Positions 52,784 to 63,737 of a stretch of DNA of 64,000 nt are shown here, piece after piece. How positions within the stretch are numbered: position 1 is the stretch's first letter; the number at the start of each line of letters is the position of its first letter. The stretch is taken from contig JBALDB010000002.1 in the NCBI GenBank assembly GCA_036918135.1, forward strand, positions 192,001-256,000, read 5' to 3'. This DNA is from Nostoc sp. (lineage in GTDB: Bacteria > Cyanobacteriota > Cyanobacteriia > Cyanobacteriales > Nostocaceae). The translations under genes were made by a program, and so were the position numbers. A model generated the notes under the pieces. The model ran no database searches and was not told the origin of the DNA. It saw only the letters and a program-made list of their open reading frames with translations.

Positions 52784-54166
52784 TTATTTGGGACCAAGAA
52801 ATCGGGTAGCAAAGTTTTGCGATCGCGTCGGTGAAAGCGCCCGTGCTTTAAGAATTGCCGCCATCAAAAAGGCGTAAGATAACACTCCAACAATAACTAA
52901 TAGTAAGGCATTAATCGATCCGGTAGCATTCCAGAGAGCGTGGAGTGCAGCAGCACTCAGATAACCAATAGAAAGAATTTGCCAGCTTCTACTAGGCTTG
53001 AGGACAGCCAAACCGATAAAATAGCCCAAATAGCCACTGTAAGCCATGTGTCCTGCTACAGAGCCTAAAATTCGCGGAATTAGCAGTTGCAACCCCGCCA
53101 GTTGACCAGCAGCGCCGATACCTACTTGTTGTGTGACATTTTGAGTGATATCCGGCACATATTGACCGAGAGTTTCTAATAAAGTGAAGCCCACAGCAGA
53201 AGCCGTTCCCAGGAGGATACCATCTAGAGGTTCCCAAACACCTACACGTTCTCGCCAAGGTGAAGACAACATTCTCCCGATGGCAAATGCTCCAAGTACA
53301 GGTAATGCTTTAAGTAATTCTTCCATCAATCCAGCACCAAAAAACATCCGTACCAGCAACTCTGTGAAGGTGGTAGATTCTTGGGGTGAGGGCAAGTTTC
53401 CAGGCAATAGACCTCGAAACACGAAGATGAAGAAATCCAACAGCGGACTGAGCAAAATCAGCGTCGTACCCATAGCCGTAGCCATTAGCACCCACCACGG
53501 CTTTTGTTTACCGCAAAGTTGATAAACAAAATAATAGGCAGCGAAGGCAATGTAAGTGGCGACGATCACTTGATTCGCTTGGGGACGACCGACTGTAGCA
53601 AACATTAGTACTACAAAAATTACAGTCAGTATTCCTGGTACGAGGTATGCTTTGCGAGTTAAATCTTTACCAGTGGAAATAATCGGAAAAAGCTGAGTGA
53701 AGCTAACAGAATCAGGCTGCTTTAATTGCGTGTGGTTGTGGTAGTTCGTTGCTGAAGGCAGTGGTGTCAGTTGGTTAACAGTTGTCACCGGAGCTTGAGA
53801 GGTCAACTCGTACTCAAAAACGTATTGCGGCCCATCAGAACCTAAAGAAATGCGATCGCCTGGGTGCAATTCTTGACATTCATACAAGCGTTGTCCATTC
53901 AAATAAGTGCCATTAGCACTATTCAAATCACAAAGTACCCAGCTAAATTTGCTATCTGGAGATAAAGACAGGGGGCGAACCACCGCATGACGACGAGATA
54001 CCATTCGGTACGTCATGGCATCCAAGACAACTTGGCAGCTGGGGTCGCGTCCAATTACTATCTCTTTACTGGGGGACAGCCAGAAGCGAGACTCCGCTCC
54101 CAAAGCTGCTCCATTTCCAGACACTAGCCGCAGAAATGCATTATGTCTTGCGTTTTTGCCTGTCAT
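52784..54166 (-). CDS. FHA domain-PrsW family intramembrane metalloprotease
   Basis: FHA IGRDP.C..VSRRHA..NSANGTYLNG; PrsW EELLK, GFTLLE, GHMAY, LHALWN. Confidence 0.93.
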   Translation of the reverse strand: MTGKNARHNAFLRLVSGNGAALGAESRFWLSPSKEIVIGRDPSCQVVLDAMTYRMVSRRHAVVRPLSLSPDSKFSWVLCDLNSANGTYLNGQRLYECQELHPGDRISLGSDGPQYVFEYELTSQAPVTTVNQLTPLPSATNYHNHTQLKQPDSVSFTQLFPIISTGKDLTRKAYLVPGILTVIFVVLMFATVGRPQANQVIVATYIAFAAYYFVYQLCGKQKPWWVLMATAMGTTLILLSPLLDFFIFVFRGLLPGNLPSPQESTTFTELLVRMFFGAGLMEELLKALPVLGAFAIGRMLSSPWRERVGVWEPLDGILLGTASAVGFTLLETLGQYVPDITQNVTQQVGIGAAGQLAGLQLLIPRILGSVAGHMAYSGYLGYFIGLAVLKPSRSWQILSIGYLSAAALHALWNATGSINALLLVIVGVLSYAFLMAAILKARALSPTRSQNFATRFLGPK

Positions 54167-54532
54167 TGAGTTAGAGTGCGTTTCTAAACTGATTCTTTAA
54201 ATAATTTGGTAGCAGGACTAACCTTAGCCACATCAACAGCAGCATTGCTAAATCCACTATAGCTTCACTTACTGCTAATAAATTTAAATTTCTAGATGCA
54301 AAATTTCAAATTTTTTCATTTATCTAAATGTTAATAAGTATTTCATCCACTCAGGCTTTCTCCTAAAACTTGGTTATTAGGTGGATAAATTGAGATTTTA
54401 TGGGTTATCTACTCTTGACATCCTAGCTGCAAATTCAATCCACCGCAATGTATTAAAAAAGTAGTTTTTACTGCATTTAGTTTCATGCAAAAAAGATATG
54501 ATTGCCAGTTATCTATTGTTAGTTATTTTTGC

Positions 54533-54731
54533 CACTAGTACTACAATGCAAAAGTCAAAACTCAAAAGTCAAAAGTCTTATGGACTGGGCTTTTTAGGGA
54601 TTTTTAATGATTGCTCATCTCGCAAAGTTATGAGCGGGGGGAACCGCCGCTCAACGCCACAAGATTCTGACGCAGGGCGCTGAGGTAGCAGTGGCTCAAC
54701 TTTGCGCTATTTACGCCGTGACGTACTAGTG
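54533..54731. repeat. TIR-bounded element with nested small hairpin repeats
   Basis: CACTAGTAC...GTACTAGTG ends; internal CGCAAAGTT...AACTTTGCG enclosing AGCGGGGGGAACCGCCGCT. Confidence 0.6.
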
Positions 54732-54816
54732 ATTGACTAAGCTTTGCGGTAGGGGAGTAGGGAGTAGTGGAAGAAACTGCCCCAAAGATTGAATTAAAAG
54801 ATTTCTTATCTTGTCT

Positions 54817-55419
54817 TTAAACAACTTTAGCTAATTCTGGGTGTTCAATCTTTGTTCCCAGTACTCTGAGGAATTCTGCCAGCCAACGCGGATGAGCAGG
54901 CCAAGCTGGTGCTGTCACCAAGTTACCGTCAACTATGGCTTCATCAACAGGGATATCAATATAAATGCCTCCAGCACTCTTGATATCTGGGCTACAAGCA
55001 GGGTAACCAGTACATCTTTTACCTTGTAATACATCAGCAGCTGCCAATAACTGCAAGCCGTGGCAAATAGCAGCAATAGGTTTATTCGCTTGAGCAAAGT
55101 GACGGGTAACTTCTAACACCTGCTGATTGAGACGGATATATTCTGGTGCCCGTCCTCCAGGAATTACTAAGGCATCATAATTTTCGGCTTTTACTTCTGT
55201 AAAGGTAGCATTTAAAGTAAAATTATGCCCAGGTTTTTCACTGTAAGTTTGGTCTCCTTCAAAGTCGTGAACTGCTGTTCGCACCTTGTCGCCAGCTTTT
55301 TTATTGGGGCAAACTGCATGAACAGTGTGTCCCACCATTTGCAACGCCTGGAAAGGAACCATTACTTCATAGTCTTCTACATAGTCCCCAACCAGCATTA
55401 AAAGTTTCTTTGCAGCCAT
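54817..55419 (-). CDS. DJ-1/PfpI family protein
   Basis: [30 protein letters not shown]. Confidence 0.95.
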   Translation of the reverse strand: MAAKKLLMLVGDYVEDYEVMVPFQALQMVGHTVHAVCPNKKAGDKVRTAVHDFEGDQTYSEKPGHNFTLNATFTEVKAENYDALVIPGGRAPEYIRLNQQVLEVTRHFAQANKPIAAICHGLQLLAAADVLQGKRCTGYPACSPDIKSAGGIYIDIPVDEAIVDGNLVTAPAWPAHPRWLAEFLRVLGTKIEHPELAKVV

Positions 55420-55812
55420 GTTTTTAGTATCCTCAGTTATTAGTTATTTATCATTTGTCATGGGTCATTTGTCATTTGTAATTGGGTATAGGGCATGGGG
55501 CATTGATTGTTAAGTTAAGACTTATTAATTTAACGAACGATAAAAGACAAAGAACAAATGACGAATGACAAAGGACTAATGACAGTCTTGACGCCAAAAT
55601 GTAGCAACCTAGACGCGCGTCGGCTAACGCGCTTGTGGGTAAATTTATCGATATATTACAGCACTAACTGTGCCATAATGGACTATTTTAAGGCTGCGAG
55701 TTAACAAAGTTTAACCCATTCTTGTATACTATTTGCTGGTTAGTGAAAGGCAACGGGTTTTTTGACAAAGGGCAAGAGAAACTATTGCCTATTACCCATT
55801 AATAGCCTCAAG

Positions 55813-55939
55813 TATATAGCAGTCCTAAATCATTTGTGAAACCTTGCTGCTGTTGGTTGTTGAGTTTTAACAATTAACACTCAACAACCAACAGCCCCTA
55901 CCGATCCTTTTTACTTTCTCCTGCAAGGATTGCTATATA
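55813..55939. repeat. TATAGCA(A/G)TCC-ended MITE-like element
   Basis: TATATAGCAGTCCT...AGGATTGCTATATA ends; internal GCTGTTGGTTGTTGAG / CTCAACAACCAACAGC hairpin. Confidence 0.75.
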
Positions 55940-55957
55940 ACTAGTAACTGAGCTTAA

Positions 55958-56410
55958 TTAAAGCAGATTAAATTCTGCGATCGCTGTGGGAAAATTTTTG
56001 TTTTCATGGGCTGAACGACTAAGTTTGATTAAGGCAAAACGCTGTAATGGTCTTAAAACTGCCCATTTTTGCTGTGTTAGGACTACTCCTATTTCTTGAG
56101 CTTTTTCCTGGACGCTGGGTGGTACATTGGCAGAGTCCAGCCATGCAGGATGGGATTCTATAGGCAATTTGGCAACTGCTATGCCTGTACGTTGTAAAAT
56201 CAACTGCTCGATATATTCGCGGTAAGACTGAATTTCGGTTTCTGTAGTGCAAGGTAATTCGACTAAAGCTTGACGCTCTTTTGTAGTCATTTGATTCCAA
56301 TCAAACAGTTTTAGCTTAATGCCACAGGTATCTAATTTGCAGCGCACCTGCATCGGAATACAGCGCAGCGAATCAACAAAATCTGCTTCAAATTCAAAGA
56401 AATCTGTCAT
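55958..56410 (-). CDS. narM: Nitrate reductase-associated protein
   Basis: FEFEADFVDSLRCIPM.VR.KLD.CG.KLKL, QRFALIKLSR..HEN.N; downstream of narB. Confidence 0.9.
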   Translation of the reverse strand: MTDFFEFEADFVDSLRCIPMQVRCKLDTCGIKLKLFDWNQMTTKERQALVELPCTTETEIQSYREYIEQLILQRTGIAVAKLPIESHPAWLDSANVPPSVQEKAQEIGVVLTQQKWAVLRPLQRFALIKLSRSAHENKNFPTAIAEFNLL

Positions 56411-56559
56411 AGGAAATTATTGAAAATTAGGTCGTTATGATGTTGGCTGAATAACTTAAAATTTATAGGTAAGGGTGGGCAGTGTTGAGTAGAAAATAGC
56501 GAGTGGGAAAAGATTTTTATCAATGGACAACAGGTTATTAAGTCTGTTATTTAACATTT

Positions 56560-57018
56560 TTATTTAGAAGTACTGAAACGAATTATTAAATAACTAATTG
56601 ATAAGGCAAGAATAGCAATACCTAAACCAATTATATCAAGTCCTGGAACTTTTTCTAAGTCAAGAATAATAATTTTTCTGGCAACAGCAATTAAAGAGGT
56701 AACAATAACTAATTCAACTTGAATAACGTGTTTTCGCAAATAACCTGTGATGTTTTCTAAAATCTCTAAAGCAATTAAAATATTTAAAAATAAACCAAAT
56801 ATTTTATATAATGTTGTGTTAAATTTGCCATAAGGTATTGTAAATAATTCTTTATATAAAAAAAATCCTAAATCGCCGATCCCCACTAAAATTACAATTA
56901 CCATTAAAATAGATAGAACTTTAGAAACCAGCACTTCTACGTTTTCAATCATGTGCATGAAGTTCTGGTCTTTGGTAGATCCTAAAATTAACTTTACTAG
57001 CCTTTTCATGTCCTGCAC
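56560..57018 (-). CDS. PsiE-family membrane protein
   Basis: FGLFLNILIALEILENIT.YL, LIAVARKIIILD. Confidence 0.88.
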   Translation of the reverse strand: MQDMKRLVKLILGSTKDQNFMHMIENVEVLVSKVLSILMVIVILVGIGDLGFFLYKELFTIPYGKFNTTLYKIFGLFLNILIALEILENITGYLRKHVIQVELVIVTSLIAVARKIIILDLEKVPGLDIIGLGIAILALSISYLIIRFSTSK

Positions 57019-57311
57019 CTGATTCTAAAATAAAATCCCATAGATATAAAAATCTAGAGGATTAAAAAAGATGACTGATTAATAGTCTTCAATTAGTGGC
57101 GGGTTTGAATCCCCCCACTAAAAGATTGCTGGATTCACCAATTCTGACTTGTGAATTCTTCTTCAACAAAATTTTACCTCCTTAGATATAGTAATTGGTA
57201 ACAGTCACCAGTTGAGATACGTAAAAAATAATGATAACTATTGACTATTGATTATTGATTAAATTACCTATTGCTGACTACCAATTACTGATTGAAACTT
57301 AGACTTAGCAG

Positions 57312-59525
57312 CTAGTGTTGTGAGGATTGGAGTTGATAATTTTCAACTGTAACTTCCACAGAAATTGGTATTAATTGCACCGCACAGGCTTTTAATTCTG
57401 GTTGTAGGGAATCAGGGCAAGATTCGGGATGGGTGAGGGCATTAGCTTCGGCATTATCTGCCCACAAAGAACCCCAGTGCATGGGGACAAAAACTGTACC
57501 AGGTGCGATCGCCTTTGTCACTTTAGCAGCAAACTTAGCTTTACCTCGACGCGATCGCACTTCTACACACTGATTATCTACAATGCCTAAGCGAGCAGCA
57601 TCACGCGGATGAATTTCGATAAATGGTTCGGGATGCATTTTGCAAATTTTTTCAATCCGCCCAGTGCGTGTCTGAGTGTGCCAATGACCGTAAACTCGTC
57701 CAGTAGTTAATACAAAAGGATAATCAGGGTTTGGTGGTTCTGCCAATCCCTTGGAGTAATATGCCCCAAATCTAGCGCGTCCGTCAGGAGTGTGGAAGCG
57801 CAAGTTAGTGTATAACCGCTTTCCAAAGGTTTCTCCCCCTGCTTCCCCTGCTCCTCTGCTCCCCCTGCTCTCTTCCAGGTGAGGCCATTGAGTCGGGCCT
57901 TGTGCTTGTAATTGTGCGTGACTAATACCCGTCATCTCGCACGGGCGATTTTTAGTTAGTTGGGCAAACTCAGCGTAAACCTCAGCCGAGTTAGCAAAGT
58001 TAAATTCTCTTGCAAAACCGAGTCGGCGACCAACTTCAGCAAAAATTTCCCAATCTGCTTTCGCTTCTAGTGGCGGTTGACGGAAGGCTTGACATAGAGT
58101 CACCGTTCGTTCGGAGTTAGTCATCACACCAGTTTTTTCGCCCCATTGGGCTGCTGGTAGCAGAAGATGGGCATAGGCAGAGGTTTCTGTGGGATAATAA
58201 GCGTCTTGGTAGATGGTAAAAGGCGATCGCAACAATGCCTTCTTCGTCCGCTCTAAATCTGGCATACTCACAGCCGGATTAGTCGCAGCAATCCATAGTA
58301 AGCTTACAGCATTGTTTTCCAGCCCAGTAATCATTTCCCAAGCATTCAAACCAGGATGGGGCGAAATCTGTCCTGGTTTGAGTCCCCAAAACTCCTCAAC
58401 TTCTGCACGGTGCTGGGGATTCTTTATTACCCGATAACCCGGTAATAGATGTGCCAAACCCCCAGCTTCCCGTCCTCCCATCGCGTTTGGCTGACCAGTG
58501 AGTGAAAAAGGCCCAGCCCCAGGTTTACCAACTTGTCCGGTCATCAGGTGCAGGTTAATGATGGTTCTCACCTTAGCCGTTCCTTCGGAGGATTGATTTA
58601 CACCCATTGACCACAACGACAACACCCGTTGTGATTGACCCCAATAACGAGCTGCTGTTTCTAAATCTTCAATACTAATCCCACATTCACGAGCTACCAC
58701 TTCTGGGGGATAATGACGAATTACCTCAGCGTATGCCGGAAAGTTACTGGTACACTCGTCCATAAACAACGTATCAACGTAGTTCCAACGCATCAACAAA
58801 TGAGCGATACCGTTCAATAAGTCGATATCTGTACCTGGACGAATCGCTAAATGCAAATCTGCGGCTTCTGCGGTTGGTGTGCGACGGGGATCGACCACAA
58901 TCATTTTCACTTTGCGGTTCTTTTTGTGATATTTTGCCAGTCGGTTGAAAACGATTGGGTGACATTCAGCTGTATTGGTGCCAATCAAAAATGCACAGTC
59001 GGTCAACTCCAAGTCTTCGTAACAGCAAGGAGGGCCATCTGAGCCAAAGCTTTGAATATATCCAGCCACAGCGCTAGACATACATAAACGGGAGTTTGCA
59101 TCAAAATTATTGCTACCCAAACACCCTTTGATGAATTTCTGGGCTATGTAATAATCCTCGGTTTGGAACTGACCAGAACCATACATACATATAGCTTCTG
59201 GCCCTTGAGTGAAACGCACAGTTTGAAGGCGTTGGGTGATGAGATCGAAAGCTTCATCCCAACTAATGCGCCGAAACTCTTGATCTAAGGAGTCTCGTAC
59301 CATTGGGTAATGTAATCTATTTTTATCTAAAGATTCGGCGATCGTTGCGCCTTTGACACAAACCATACCCTGACTCGATGGATGAGTTTTATCGCCCCGT
59401 ACCCGCCAAATTGGATTTCCTTGGTTATCTCGATTGGTTGCTTTGCCAAGTTGGGCTGGGGGCGAAACTTCTAGTCCACAACCGACACCACAGTAAGGAC
59501 AAAGGGTTTTGGTAAATTCACTCAT
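57312..59525 (-). CDS. narB: Ferredoxin-nitrate reductase
   Basis: [41 protein letters not shown]. Confidence 0.97.
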   Translation of the reverse strand: MSEFTKTLCPYCGVGCGLEVSPPAQLGKATNRDNQGNPIWRVRGDKTHPSSQGMVCVKGATIAESLDKNRLHYPMVRDSLDQEFRRISWDEAFDLITQRLQTVRFTQGPEAICMYGSGQFQTEDYYIAQKFIKGCLGSNNFDANSRLCMSSAVAGYIQSFGSDGPPCCYEDLELTDCAFLIGTNTAECHPIVFNRLAKYHKKNRKVKMIVVDPRRTPTAEAADLHLAIRPGTDIDLLNGIAHLLMRWNYVDTLFMDECTSNFPAYAEVIRHYPPEVVARECGISIEDLETAARYWGQSQRVLSLWSMGVNQSSEGTAKVRTIINLHLMTGQVGKPGAGPFSLTGQPNAMGGREAGGLAHLLPGYRVIKNPQHRAEVEEFWGLKPGQISPHPGLNAWEMITGLENNAVSLLWIAATNPAVSMPDLERTKKALLRSPFTIYQDAYYPTETSAYAHLLLPAAQWGEKTGVMTNSERTVTLCQAFRQPPLEAKADWEIFAEVGRRLGFAREFNFANSAEVYAEFAQLTKNRPCEMTGISHAQLQAQGPTQWPHLEESRGSRGAGEAGGETFGKRLYTNLRFHTPDGRARFGAYYSKGLAEPPNPDYPFVLTTGRVYGHWHTQTRTGRIEKICKMHPEPFIEIHPRDAARLGIVDNQCVEVRSRRGKAKFAAKVTKAIAPGTVFVPMHWGSLWADNAEANALTHPESCPDSLQPELKACAVQLIPISVEVTVENYQLQSSQH

Positions 59526-59719
59526 GGTAGTTGTAGTTTTTTGTTAACTGTTGACTGTTAACAGTTGACAGTCAACAGTCACCACTTGTATTTTTCACAA
59601 CTCAAATAGGATTGCTATATTGAGTGTTTATAAATTGAAAATTGCTATTCCTTCTCTGTGCATTTACAGGGCGAACCAAATTCGGATTTTCACTCTGCAA
59701 TGCTTAATTGATGAATCGA

Positions 59720-61213
59720 TTACTCTTCGGTTAACAAGATAGCAGTCGAAGTTTCTGATAGTTGACTTTTATCAACACCAAAGGAATTTTTCGGTTCTTT
59801 GAGGAAGAAGGCACACATAAAAGCGCAAACTAAAGCAGCTAAACCCATTGTGCTAAATAGCGTTGGCGCGTCAGTTAAGCTAAAAATTGTCAGATAAACT
59901 ACGCCGCCAAAATTACCGTAAGCTCCGACGTTACCAGCTATTTGTCCTGTGACTTCCTTTTTAATTAGAGGTACGATGCTATAGGTTGCACCGCAGCCAG
60001 CTTGAGCAAAGTAAGCGGCAAACATTGTAACTGCGATCGCTAGCGGAATCGGCCAGTTACTATTAATAAAATGTGCCATCAAGTAGCCAATACCAATGCC
60101 CGCACTGATAATTGTCATTGTCCATTTACGCGAGCCAAATTTATCAGAAATTAATCCACCGCTAGGACGAGAAATTAAATTTAAAAAGGGATAGGTTGCG
60201 GCAATCATGCCTGCTATAACATGTTCTAAACCAAAGGTTTTTTCAAAAAATGCCGGGAGCATGGAAACAGCAGCAAGTTCGGAACCAAAGTTAGTTGTGT
60301 AAGTAAATTCGAGTAATGCTACTTGACCAAATTGAAAGCGTTCTGCTAGCGGGTAAGTTTTCTTGCCAATTAAAAGTTCCCGATTTACCTGCCAAGCTTT
60401 GTAACTTTGGTAAATAAATAATCCCGCTAATAACAACCAAGCAAGATACATTTGACTCAAAGTTAAGAAGTGAATATTCTTTTGTTCCAAGCGCCAAGCT
60501 AATAAACCTAAGGCGAAAATTAAACCAAAATTCGAGACAATCATCGCCCAAAAACTTTTAATGCTGGTTACTTCTAAAGCTCCATTTTTGTGAGGTTTCT
60601 TATAGACTTTACCAGGGGGCGTATCTTGGACGGTATTGTAATAAATTACGCCATAGATGGCGGCAACAATTCCGGTAAAAGCGATCGCTAATCGCCAATT
60701 AGAAGCACCACCAGCCAAAAAGCTAGTAGAAACTGCAATCATCGGTAAAGCAAACTCCGCACCAAAAGCTCCAAAGTTACCCCAACCGCCGTAAATACCT
60801 TGAGCAATTCCCATCTCCTTCGGCTGGAACCATTCCGCCACCATCCGAATACCGACGACAAACCCAGATCCGACAATTCCCATCAGCAAACGACTGATGA
60901 CTAATTGATTAAAATCTTGTGCTAGCGCCGTCGCCAAACAAGGAACAGCCGCAAACATCAGCAGCATTGCATAGGTGATTCTTGGCCCGAAACGATCCAA
61001 AAGCATCCCAATAATTAGCCGCGCCGGAATTGTCAAAGCAAGGTTACAGATGGCCAAAGTTTTAATTTGTTCGGGCGCTAAATCTAGTTGTTTGCCAATA
61101 GTTGTGGCGAAGGGAGCAAAATTAAACCAACAGACAAAAGTCAGAAAAAAAGCAAACCAAGTCTGATGTAAGATGCGATAGCGATCGCTGAATGAAAATA
61201 ATCCTTTTAGCAT
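59720..61213 (-). CDS. nrtP: NarK-family MFS nitrate/nitrite transporter
   Basis: ILHQTWFAFF, GIYGGWGNFG, FGSELA, GAYGNFG; ATG 61213 (MLKGLFSF) is the probable start, and the upstream ORF extension is the tandem array. Confidence 0.94.
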   Translation of the reverse strand: MLKGLFSFSDRYRILHQTWFAFFLTFVCWFNFAPFATTIGKQLDLAPEQIKTLAICNLALTIPARLIIGMLLDRFGPRITYAMLLMFAAVPCLATALAQDFNQLVISRLLMGIVGSGFVVGIRMVAEWFQPKEMGIAQGIYGGWGNFGAFGAEFALPMIAVSTSFLAGGASNWRLAIAFTGIVAAIYGVIYYNTVQDTPPGKVYKKPHKNGALEVTSIKSFWAMIVSNFGLIFALGLLAWRLEQKNIHFLTLSQMYLAWLLLAGLFIYQSYKAWQVNRELLIGKKTYPLAERFQFGQVALLEFTYTTNFGSELAAVSMLPAFFEKTFGLEHVIAGMIAATYPFLNLISRPSGGLISDKFGSRKWTMTIISAGIGIGYLMAHFINSNWPIPLAIAVTMFAAYFAQAGCGATYSIVPLIKKEVTGQIAGNVGAYGNFGGVVYLTIFSLTDAPTLFSTMGLAALVCAFMCAFFLKEPKNSFGVDKSQLSETSTAILLTEE

Positions 61214-61272
61214 TTTAATCTTTCTAAGAGAGGTGGGATTGGGGACTGGGGACTCAGAAGAATTCCTAGCTC

Positions 61273-61586
61273 CATTAATGGAGTTCAAATACTCTTTAAT
61301 GGAGTTCAAAGCTTCATTAACGGAGTTCAAAGCTTCATTAACGGAGTTCAAAGCTTCATTAATGGAGTTCAAAGCTTCATTAACGGAGTTCAAAGCCTCA
61401 TTAATGCAGTTCAAAGCCTCATTAATGCAGTTCAAAGCCTCATTAACGGAGTTCAAAGCCTCATTAACGGAGTTCAAAGCCTCATTAACGGAGTTCAAAG
61501 CCTCATTAATGGAGTTCAAAGCCTCATTAATGGAGTTCAAAGCCTCATTAATGGAGTTCAAAGCTTCATTAATGGAGTTCAAAGCT
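61273..61586. repeat. Tandem array of about 15 x 21-bp units
   Basis: Unit CATTAA(T/C)G(G/C)AGTTCAAAGC(C/T)T repeated head to tail without spacers. Confidence 0.95.
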
Positions 61587-61695
61587 TTGGCTATTGGGTA
61601 TTGGGGATTGGGTATTAGGCACTAACAAAGTATTCTTAAATATTTATTTGCTTAGTCCCCAGCGATGCACTGAAGCTCACCCGAAGTGTCCCCAG

Positions 61696-63297
61696 TTAAC
61701 TACCAACTACTAAAGCTTCTTGCTTGAGTTTTGCCCCAAAGTTTTCGATGAGTAAATCTTGCAATATTGGCTGTAAGTCTTCGCAGGGTATGCCTTTAAT
61801 AATGCAAGTTCCGAGATGGGCATCTTTACCAACTTTGCCGCCCATATATATGTCAACGCCTTCCAAGGTTTTACCATTTTTACGAGTTTTAGTTCCCATT
61901 AAACCGATGTCTGCAACTTGGGGTTGTCCGCAGGAGTTGGGGCAACCAGTCCAATGAATTCGCACCGGATGGCTGAAAGTTAACTCTGCTTCTAAGGCTT
62001 TAATCATTGCTAGGGCACGGTTTTTGGTTTCGATGAGGGCAAAGTTGCAAAATTGTGCGCCTGTGCAAGATACTAGCGATCGCGTTAGCAAATCTGGGTT
62101 AATCGAAAACCTTTCTAGTAATGGTTCTGTTAAAAATGTTGCTAATCGTGAGTCGGCAATGTTGGGGATAACGATGTTTTGTTCGACGGTAAAGCGGATT
62201 TCGCCACTACCGTAAACTTCTGCTAAACGTGCAATTTCAAACATATCATCGGCATACAGCCGACCAACAGGAATATGCAAACCTGCGTAATTTAATTCTG
62301 GTTGCTTTTGTTTATACACCCCGATGTGGTCGCGTTTTTCCCAGTCGATTTCGTCTTTTGCGGCTGCGGGTAACAATGATTTACCCAAACGGGTTTCTAC
62401 TTCAGTCCGAAACTTTTCTAAACCCCATTCATCAATCAGCCACATCAGCCGGGATTTTTGCCGATTAGCACGTAAGCCGCGATCGCGATAAACTTCTAAA
62501 ACAGCTCTACATACAGCTACCACATCTTCTGGAGCTACCCAAGCATTCAGAGGAATCGCCGCTTCACAACGTTTAGCTGAGAAAAAACCACCGACGAGGA
62601 TGTTAAAGCCGAAAAGTTTAGAAGGGAAATTTTGCTCCTCTGCTCCCCCGCTCCCCTGCTCCCCTGCTTCCTTAAATGCTGGCACGAAAGCTAAATCATT
62701 AATCTCTGCATGAACTGAGTTGTCTCTTCCACCAGCGATCGCAATGTTAAACTTCCTTGGTAGATTGGTAAACTCTGGGTTTCCTTGGCCTTTGTTGGTG
62801 AGCATATCTTGAATTTGCTGTACCAACTCTCGTGTGTCGTACAACTCATCTGCATCTAACCCAGCCACAGGGTCACCTGTGATATTGCGGACGTTATCCA
62901 TCCCTGACTGGACGCTGGTTAAACCAACTGCGTCAAATCTATTAAAGATATCTGGTAAATCTCCAATTCTGATTCCCCGCAATTGAATATTCTGTCTGGT
63001 AGTAATATCAGCATTACCGTCATCACCGTAACGCTGCACTACTTGGGCTAAAACACGCATCTGAGTACTGGTGAGAATACCGTTAGGCATCCGCAACCGC
63101 ATCATAAATTTGCCTGGGGTAACTGGGCGAAAAAATACACCCAGCCATTTGAGTCGATGATCTCGGTCTGTTTCGTCCATTGCTTCCCAGCCCAAGGCGG
63201 CAAATTTCTCTATCTCAGCCTTAACGGCGAGTCCATCTTTTTCTGCCTTGAATTTCTCGAATTTATTCAGGCTGGTGGTAGTTGGTGTGTCTGTCAT
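61696..63297 (-). CDS. nirA: Ferredoxin-nitrite reductase
   Basis: MRLRMPNG, ITTRQNIQ, LPRKFN, SCTG.QFC, HWTGCPNSCG. Confidence 0.97.
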   Translation of the reverse strand: MTDTPTTTSLNKFEKFKAEKDGLAVKAEIEKFAALGWEAMDETDRDHRLKWLGVFFRPVTPGKFMMRLRMPNGILTSTQMRVLAQVVQRYGDDGNADITTRQNIQLRGIRIGDLPDIFNRFDAVGLTSVQSGMDNVRNITGDPVAGLDADELYDTRELVQQIQDMLTNKGQGNPEFTNLPRKFNIAIAGGRDNSVHAEINDLAFVPAFKEAGEQGSGGAEEQNFPSKLFGFNILVGGFFSAKRCEAAIPLNAWVAPEDVVAVCRAVLEVYRDRGLRANRQKSRLMWLIDEWGLEKFRTEVETRLGKSLLPAAAKDEIDWEKRDHIGVYKQKQPELNYAGLHIPVGRLYADDMFEIARLAEVYGSGEIRFTVEQNIVIPNIADSRLATFLTEPLLERFSINPDLLTRSLVSCTGAQFCNFALIETKNRALAMIKALEAELTFSHPVRIHWTGCPNSCGQPQVADIGLMGTKTRKNGKTLEGVDIYMGGKVGKDAHLGTCIIKGIPCEDLQPILQDLLIENFGAKLKQEALVVGS

Positions 63298-63569
63298 CAC
63301 GCTGACTCTCGTTGCAAATTACTAATAAGCGTAAAAATTTGTGCTAATTACCCAATATCAATCAACTTGTAGTCCCAACATTTGCTGTGTCTACAAGGAT
63401 TAGAGATGAAAAACTTAATATTTGGTTATGACTGATTATTTATACTCCAAAGCATTCCAACGCAAAACTTAAAATCCGTGGTTAGTTCAAGCAAATTTGT
63501 CGTCATTGATATCTTGGGAATTTGTCAAGCAGGTTTAGATACTGTTGGTGTAACAATTTCGATTCTCAT

Positions 63570-63611
63570 AACTTAAGGTAAGATTTTTGTTAAAATCGTA
63601 TAAGATGTTAC
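63570..63611 (-). promoter_or_regulatory. Class II NtcA-activated promoter of the nir operon
   Basis: Minus strand GTAACATCTTATAC (63611-63598, GTA-N8-TAC), exactly 22 nt, then -10 box TAAGTT (63575-63570, TAN3T). Confidence 0.9.
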
Positions 63612-63648
63612 GATTTTTCAGTAAAAATGCAGAAAATGTATTAAATAT

Positions 63649-63663
63649 ATGCACATTTTGCAT
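63649..63663. promoter_or_regulatory. NtcB (LysR) binding site
   Basis: ATGCA-CATTT-TGCAT (AT-N11-AT / TGCA-N5-TGCA) centred about 51 nt upstream of the NtcA site centre. Confidence 0.8.
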
Positions 63664-63737
63664 CAAATTCCCCAGTAAGTAATATCAAACCCTTGCATAA
63701 AAGGTATTTAAGAGAACTGAAGTAATTTTGGATTAGG

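Noticed and set aside
61214..61582. ORF-track 620-aa NrtP with long N-terminus
   Set aside because: The extension is the translated tandem repeat; transporter-like sequence begins at ATG 61213. Kept only as a hypothesis in findings
61273..61586. Possible CRISPR array
   Set aside because: Units are contiguous with no unique spacers, and no cas genes are in the window
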